DNA from: a virus
Direction: 5' to 3' (one strand)
Virus record (IMG/VR): IMGVR_UViG_3300046787_000438
Location: 1 to 64,000 of that record
Length of the DNA stretch: 64,000 nucleotides
Part shown: in pieces, positions 57,333 through 64,000 of the stretch
Layout of the letters: every line of letters begins with the position of its first letter
How positions within the stretch are numbered: position 1 is the stretch's first letter
Translations under genes and position numbers: made by a program
The notes under the pieces: generated by a model
Databases searched by the model: none
Told to the model about the DNA's origin: nothing
The model's input: the letters and a program-made list of their open reading frames with translations, nothing else

Positions 57333-57721
57333 GTGTATGGCCTAGTCTATTTCTCCAATATTTCGGAAAATACCAAAAGATTTGTTGAGAAGTTAGGTCT
57401 ACCAGCTACTAGAATCCCACTCAAATGGGATAAGGATAGCCCCCTAGTAGTCACTTATCCATATGTATTATTTGTCCCCACTTATGGGGGCGGGAATGAT
57501 AGCCATACAATTCCTAAGCAGGTCAAGAAATTTTTAAATATCGAGGCTAACAGAGACTTATTGCGCGGTGTTGTCGGATTAGGCAATACCAATTTTGGTG
57601 ACCACTATTGCAAGGCTGCCGAGATGATTTCAGCAAAAACAGGTGTACCCTTGCTGTATCGCGTAGAAATACTGGGTACATCAGATGATGTCGAACAAGT
57701 AACCGAGAGGCTAGAACAACT

Positions 57722-57749
<28 letters not shown>
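57333..57749 (+). CDS. nrdI: Flavodoxin-like NrdI
   Basis: [26 protein letters not shown]. Confidence 0.96.
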
Positions 57750-60780
<3,031 letters not shown>

Positions 60781-60790
60781 TCTAGATATA

Positions 60791-60820
60791 AAGAAACCCT
60801 CCTTCGGGAGGGTTTTCTTT
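60791..60820 (+). terminator. Rho-independent terminator after nrdF
   Basis: AAACCCTCC-TTCG-GGAGGGTTT followed by TCTTT. Confidence 0.9.
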
Positions 60821-60830
60821 ACCTTGAAAC

Positions 60831-60859
60831 TTGCACTTCTAATTGTATTTAATTAGAAT
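60831..60859 (+). promoter_or_regulatory. SigA-type promoter TTGCAC-17-TAGAAT
   Basis: Canonical spacing upstream of the second whiB. Confidence 0.6.
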
Positions 60860-60891
60860 ATAGGTACTTCTAAAAAAAAGGATATATACCT

Positions 60892-61185
60892 ATGGCATCT
60901 AAAGCCTCTCTGAATGCAGAAATCCCTAAATTTGTATTTGAAGGTGAGGCAGCATGCGCCGAGGTTGATCCAGAACTATTCTTTTCTGTAGATACGGAAG
61001 ACTACCAGGGGAGAATTATAGGTAGCTCTTACCCTAGTATTCAGCAAGCCAAGTCAGTCTGCGGTGGCTGCGAGCTTAAATTTGACTGCCTAGCTTACGC
61101 GCTGAAGGCAAATGTTATGGGTATATGGGGTGGCACTACCGAGGCTCAGCGTAACTCTCTCAGGAGGAACAGACGTGCAGCTTAG
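60892..61185 (+). CDS. whiB: WhiB-family transcription factor
   Basis: AC..VDPELFF ... CxxC-x5-C ... GIWGG. Confidence 0.93.
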   Translation: MASKASLNAEIPKFVFEGEAACAEVDPELFFSVDTEDYQGRIIGSSYPSIQQAKSVCGGCELKFDCLAYALKANVMGIWGGTTEAQRNSLRRNRRAA

Positions 61186-61188
61186 AGT

Positions 61189-61197
61189 GGTATAATT
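61189..61197 (+). promoter_or_regulatory. GGTATAATT promoter motif
   Basis: TGnTATAAT extended -10 upstream of ORF 61253. Confidence 0.55.
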
Positions 61198-61252
61198 AGA
61201 GTGCCCTTGGGAGAGAGGCGATAACTAATCACATCTATCCTAGGAGCTTCTA

Positions 61253-61528
61253 ATGGGAGTATTCGCTGAAGTATTCAGACGAACTGCAGCACTAATTATT
61301 CTTCGTGTAAGCGGAACATTTGCTGGTGGTTCGATTGCTGGAGTTGAACTCTGGCAGGCAGGCGCAATGGCTGCATTTATTGGTGTAATGGACGTAGCAG
61401 AGAACCTGTCACGCGCTTACATGATTGATGGCGCACTTGATGTTGCCGAGATTAACGCTGCGTTCGGTGGGCAGGCTGGCAACAAAAATGCTGCTGAAGA
61501 GCCTTCATCATCTGACACTGGTCTCTAA
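61253..61528 (+). CDS. Small membrane protein (holin-like)
   Basis: Two hydrophobic segments; DG.L...EINAAF tail. Confidence 0.55.
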   Translation: MGVFAEVFRRTAALIILRVSGTFAGGSIAGVELWQAGAMAAFIGVMDVAENLSRAYMIDGALDVAEINAAFGGQAGNKNAAEEPSSSDTGL

Positions 61529-61542
61529 TACCTAAAAGTAAT

Positions 61543-61580
61543 AACCCTACTTGACACTATGTCAGGTAGGGTTTATTATT
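61543..61580 (+). terminator. Terminator hairpin overlapping a TTGACA-17-TATTAT promoter
   Basis: AACCCTAC-TTGACA...TGTCAG-GTAGGGTT followed by a T-rich tail; -35 at 61551-61556, -10 at 61574-61579. Confidence 0.7.
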
Positions 61581-61585
61581 TATGT

Positions 61586-61825
61586 ATGGAAGATTTTGAA
61601 GCATGGCTTAAGCATGGTGTAGAAAAAGGATGGTGTGGACCAGCGGTCTGCTACACCCATGACGGACTACCTACATCTGAACCAGAGGACGCTGAGTTCG
61701 AGGATGGGGCAGACCCATGCATCCACATTGTGAGAATGTATGAAGACACTGATCACAAAAAGGCAGTAGAGGCAAACCATGCCCCTTCTACTTGGCGTGC
61801 AACAAATCGTGGCATCGACATTTAA
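61586..61825 (+). CDS. Hypothetical protein (probably leaderless)
   Basis: MEDFEAWLKHG..GWCGP.VC.THDG.P; ATG 6 nt after the -10 box. Confidence 0.7.
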   Translation: MEDFEAWLKHGVEKGWCGPAVCYTHDGLPTSEPEDAEFEDGADPCIHIVRMYEDTDHKKAVEANHAPSTWRATNRGIDI

Positions 61826-61837
61826 ATAATCCAACGA

Positions 61838-61911
61838 CGCGGAGTGGGGCAGTTCGGTAGCCCGCTAGGCTCATAATCTAGAGATCGTAGGTTCAAATCC
61901 TGCCTCCGCAA
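61838..61911 (+). tRNA. tRNA-Met(CAT), initiator-like
   Basis: Cloverleaf, anticodon loop CTCATAA, TTCAAAT T-loop, C1:A72 mismatch; no encoded CCA. Confidence 0.9.
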
Positions 61912-61933
61912 CTCAGTAAAAAAGGAAGAGATA

Positions 61934-62062
61934 ATGGCAAAAGGCAAGGGTGGAGCACCAGCTCCTTCTAAAACAACAACTGACCGCAAGAATGGCAAAA
62001 CTTCAAAGAAGTATCCTAAAGTTTGGGACTCAGAGAAGCGTCGTTTAGTTACAAAAAAGTAA
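61934..62062 (+). CDS. 42-aa highly basic microprotein (not in the ORF track)
   Basis: RBS AAGGAAG; MAKGKGGAPAPSKTTTDRKNGKTSKKYPKVWDSEKRRLVTKK. Confidence 0.65.
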   Translation: MAKGKGGAPAPSKTTTDRKNGKTSKKYPKVWDSEKRRLVTKK

Positions 62063-62089
62063 CGTATACTTTTTATATAACTAAATAGA

Positions 62090-62420
62090 GGGGATGACAG
62101 GTTTCGACGGTCATTCAACAAACTAGTGAAGCAAGCAGAGAAGCCTGTACCTCTTAAATCGGGCAAAGCAATAAATGCAAACTCACGTTCAGCATTCGCA
62201 CTAGCAGCCTAATAACTGTTAGTACCCCTAAGCAGCAGTAGTTCTAACTGGGCACTTAGGCTTTAAATAAATAGAACACCCTGCACCACGTCCATGCTGG
62301 AGACGTAAAACTGAAGCACCAGGAGATGTGGCAGTGCAGTCTCCGAAATATTCACTGCCTAAGCTTGTAGAAGAATAGTTTATTTTTGATCGGACGGGGG
62401 TTCAATTCCCCCCATCTCCA
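62090..62420 (+). ncRNA. ssrA: tmRNA; tag ANSRSAFALAA (62177-62212)
   Basis: 5' GGGGATGACAGGTTTCGAC; acceptor stem GGGGATG/CATCTCC with G3.U; 3' T-arm GGGGGTTCAATTCCCCC; resume codon after ATAAAT; tag ends LAA. Confidence 0.95.
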
Positions 62421-62514
62421 CAAACAGTATTGCTGCTCTATAGGTCCGCTAGGATTTAACGATTACGGATACTGGGGGCCAGACCCTTTGCCGCGGCAGG
62501 TCTGGCTCTAATTT

Positions 62515-62586
62515 TGCCCCTTAGCTCAATGGCAGAGCAGAGAGCTGTTAACTCTAAGGTTGTTGGTTCGAGTCCAGCAGGGGCAG
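62515..62586 (+). tRNA. tRNA-Asn(GTT)
   Basis: TGCCCCT/AGGGGCA acceptor stem, loop CTGTTAA, TTCGAGT T-loop. Confidence 0.9.
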
Positions 62587-62643
62587 CGAGGTAGCGGGTC
62601 AGGCTGCAGATACTGTCCTTTCACCATGTGGACTACCTCACCT

Positions 62644-62714
62644 GCGGATATTGCATAATGGTAGTGCCTCATCCTTCCAAGTTGAAGGCGGGAGTTCGAT
62701 TCTCCCTATCCGCT
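62644..62714 (+). tRNA. tRNA-Gly(TCC)
   Basis: GCGGATA/TATCCGC acceptor stem, loop CTTCCAA, TTCGATT T-loop, U73. Confidence 0.9.
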
Positions 62715-62719
62715 CTGAG

Positions 62720-63310
62720 TCACTGTTCAGCTATAAAATCTAGCCAGATATCTTCATCGTAAGGCGCGTCTAGCTCGAAGTTTCTAAAGAAGATAATGAC
62801 GTTAGTCCTAGTTCCGTCCGTCACTTGACGTACGCCGTGGAGATTTTCTGCGTTCCCTCGGAACATTATCAAGTCTCCCGCCTCTAGGCGCACTTCTACC
62901 CCATGATGCTCGAAGTATAGCTCCCCGCCCTGGTAGTCACTGTTTAGCATTAGAACACAGGAGTAGTGCTCCTCTACGGCTGGTTTTTCTGGATATACAT
63001 CGCCATCATCATCATGAGGCTCGTTTAGAGCTCCCTTATGCATAATATTGCCAAATAGGCGCTTCAGTTCAAATCTGTTATATCTGAATTCGTAGTTCTC
63101 ATTGAATATGGAGTTAGCTATCTTTATGGCCTTGCGAATTGGGGCAACTGGCGCTGGAACTTCTCCTGCCAGAATGTCATAGATTAGAATTCCCGAGTGT
63201 TGGTAGCCAGGGCGGTGATCGTCCTGGGCTGTCTGAGCTATGTGCTCCACTAACTCGCTACACTCTTGAGCAGAAAGAACTCCACGTTCTAGATAGTATA
63301 TTTCTGGCAT
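62720..63310 (-). CDS. Fe(II)/2OG oxygenase (Arg-type), stand-alone
   Basis: HDD, YQGGE, HGVRQVTDGTR. Confidence 0.88.
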   Translation of the reverse strand: MPEIYYLERGVLSAQECSELVEHIAQTAQDDHRPGYQHSGILIYDILAGEVPAPVAPIRKAIKIANSIFNENYEFRYNRFELKRLFGNIMHKGALNEPHDDDGDVYPEKPAVEEHYSCVLMLNSDYQGGELYFEHHGVEVRLEAGDLIMFRGNAENLHGVRQVTDGTRTNVIIFFRNFELDAPYDEDIWLDFIAEQ

Positions 63311-63381
63311 TACTCCAGTCTACTATTTGTTACGCTGCCCATATAGTTGCATAACTATAAGAATTATGCTAGTTTCTATCT

Positions 63382-64000
63382 ATGATCAGAAAACTAACTA
63401 GTACTGCCTTAGTTGCCGCTAGTGCAATAACTGCCATGCAGGGAGTTAACATTTCAACTAGCTCAGCTATCGAGCATACGTTCAGTGTTATGGGGACCCA
63501 GGGGGGAGCACCTTGGCCATTAGACCGCATAGACGGAATTAAAGATGGTTCATATACTTACGGCTCCTCGGGCGAAGCTGTACGTATCTACATAGTAGAT
63601 ACGGGAGTAGATGCGTCGCACCCAGATTTTGGTGGACGCGTGGTAGATGGTTTTGACTCGTTTGGGGAGAATTTAGATCAGGCTGATTGTCACGGCCATG
63701 GTACTCACGTTGCAGGTATAGCTGCTGGCACGTATTTTGGCGTAGCTAAGAAGGCGACGATTGTACCTATTAGAGTGATGAATTGCTCTGGACAGGGCAA
63801 GACTTCCACGCTAACTGCAGGGATTGATTGGATACTGGCCAACCACGCGAGGGGTTCGCTCGGCATAGTGAACATGAGCCTAGGTGGGCCAAAAGATGAT
63901 GCGGTAAACGCCGCTACTTCCAGACTGGTTTCCGCTGGTCTAGTTGTAGTATCTGCTGCTGGCAACTCTAATGTCGATGCCTGCACCAGCTCTCCAGCAA
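63382..64000 (+). CDS. Secreted subtilisin/proteinase K-like serine protease (S8), truncated by the window edge
   Basis: Signal-peptide-like N-terminus, APW.LDRID, VDTG, HGTHVAG, NMSLGG, AAGN; absent from the ORF track because there is no stop in the window. Confidence 0.92.
   Translation, partial: MIRKLTSTALVAASAITAMQGVNISTSSAIEHTFSVMGTQGGAPWPLDRIDGIKDGSYTYGSSGEAVRIYIVDTGVDASHPDFGGRVVDGFDSFGENLDQADCHGHGTHVAGIAAGTYFGVAKKATIVPIRVMNCSGQGKTSTLTAGIDWILANHARGSLGIVNMSLGGPKDDAVNAATSRLVSAGLVVVSAAGNSNVDACTSSPA

Noticed and set aside
61822-62166. - strand 114-aa ORF
   Set aside because: Overlaps the tRNA-Met, microprotein and tmRNA on the opposite strand
63705-63986. - strand 93-aa ORF
   Set aside because: Antisense to the clearly recognisable subtilase

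Overview
This window is a 64-kb segment of a large tailed dsDNA phage (siphovirus-type tail, roughly mid-GC). Its host is almost certainly an actinobacterium (two WhiB genes, DUF3039, nrdHIEF, tmRNA tag ANSRSAFALAA); freshwater Microbacteriaceae is a guess. Layout: (+) tail genes, including a tail assembly chaperone with a CCCAAAT -1 frameshift, tape measure, Dit, hub and a central fibre (1-11.3 kb). (+) PolA, RuvC-like resolvase, SNF2 helicase, PD-(D/E)XK nuclease, Sak4-like ATPase, SSB, WhiB and glycosyltransferases (11.3-22.5 kb). (-) further glycosyltransferases, a phosphoesterase and a primase-helicase (22.5-29 kb). (-) a 27-kb accessory-fibre and modification region (29.5-56.7 kb). (+) nrdHIEF, WhiB, three tRNAs, tmRNA and a secreted subtilase (56.7-64 kb). 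The most striking element is 29.5-56.7 kb. Two parallel fibre cassettes each start with a paralogous adaptor gene behind a shared GGTA(A/C)AAT promoter motif, appear to be chained by matching plug/socket modules, and each end in a protein carrying a long poly(Pro-Pro-Phe-Phe) tract. Between them lies an 11-gene block with eight Fe(II)/2-oxoglutarate oxygenases, five with the Lys signature of prolyl 4-hydroxylases. I propose this is a phage-encoded post-translational tailoring system for virion appendages; that function is inference. All family assignments come from motifs read by eye, with no database searches.
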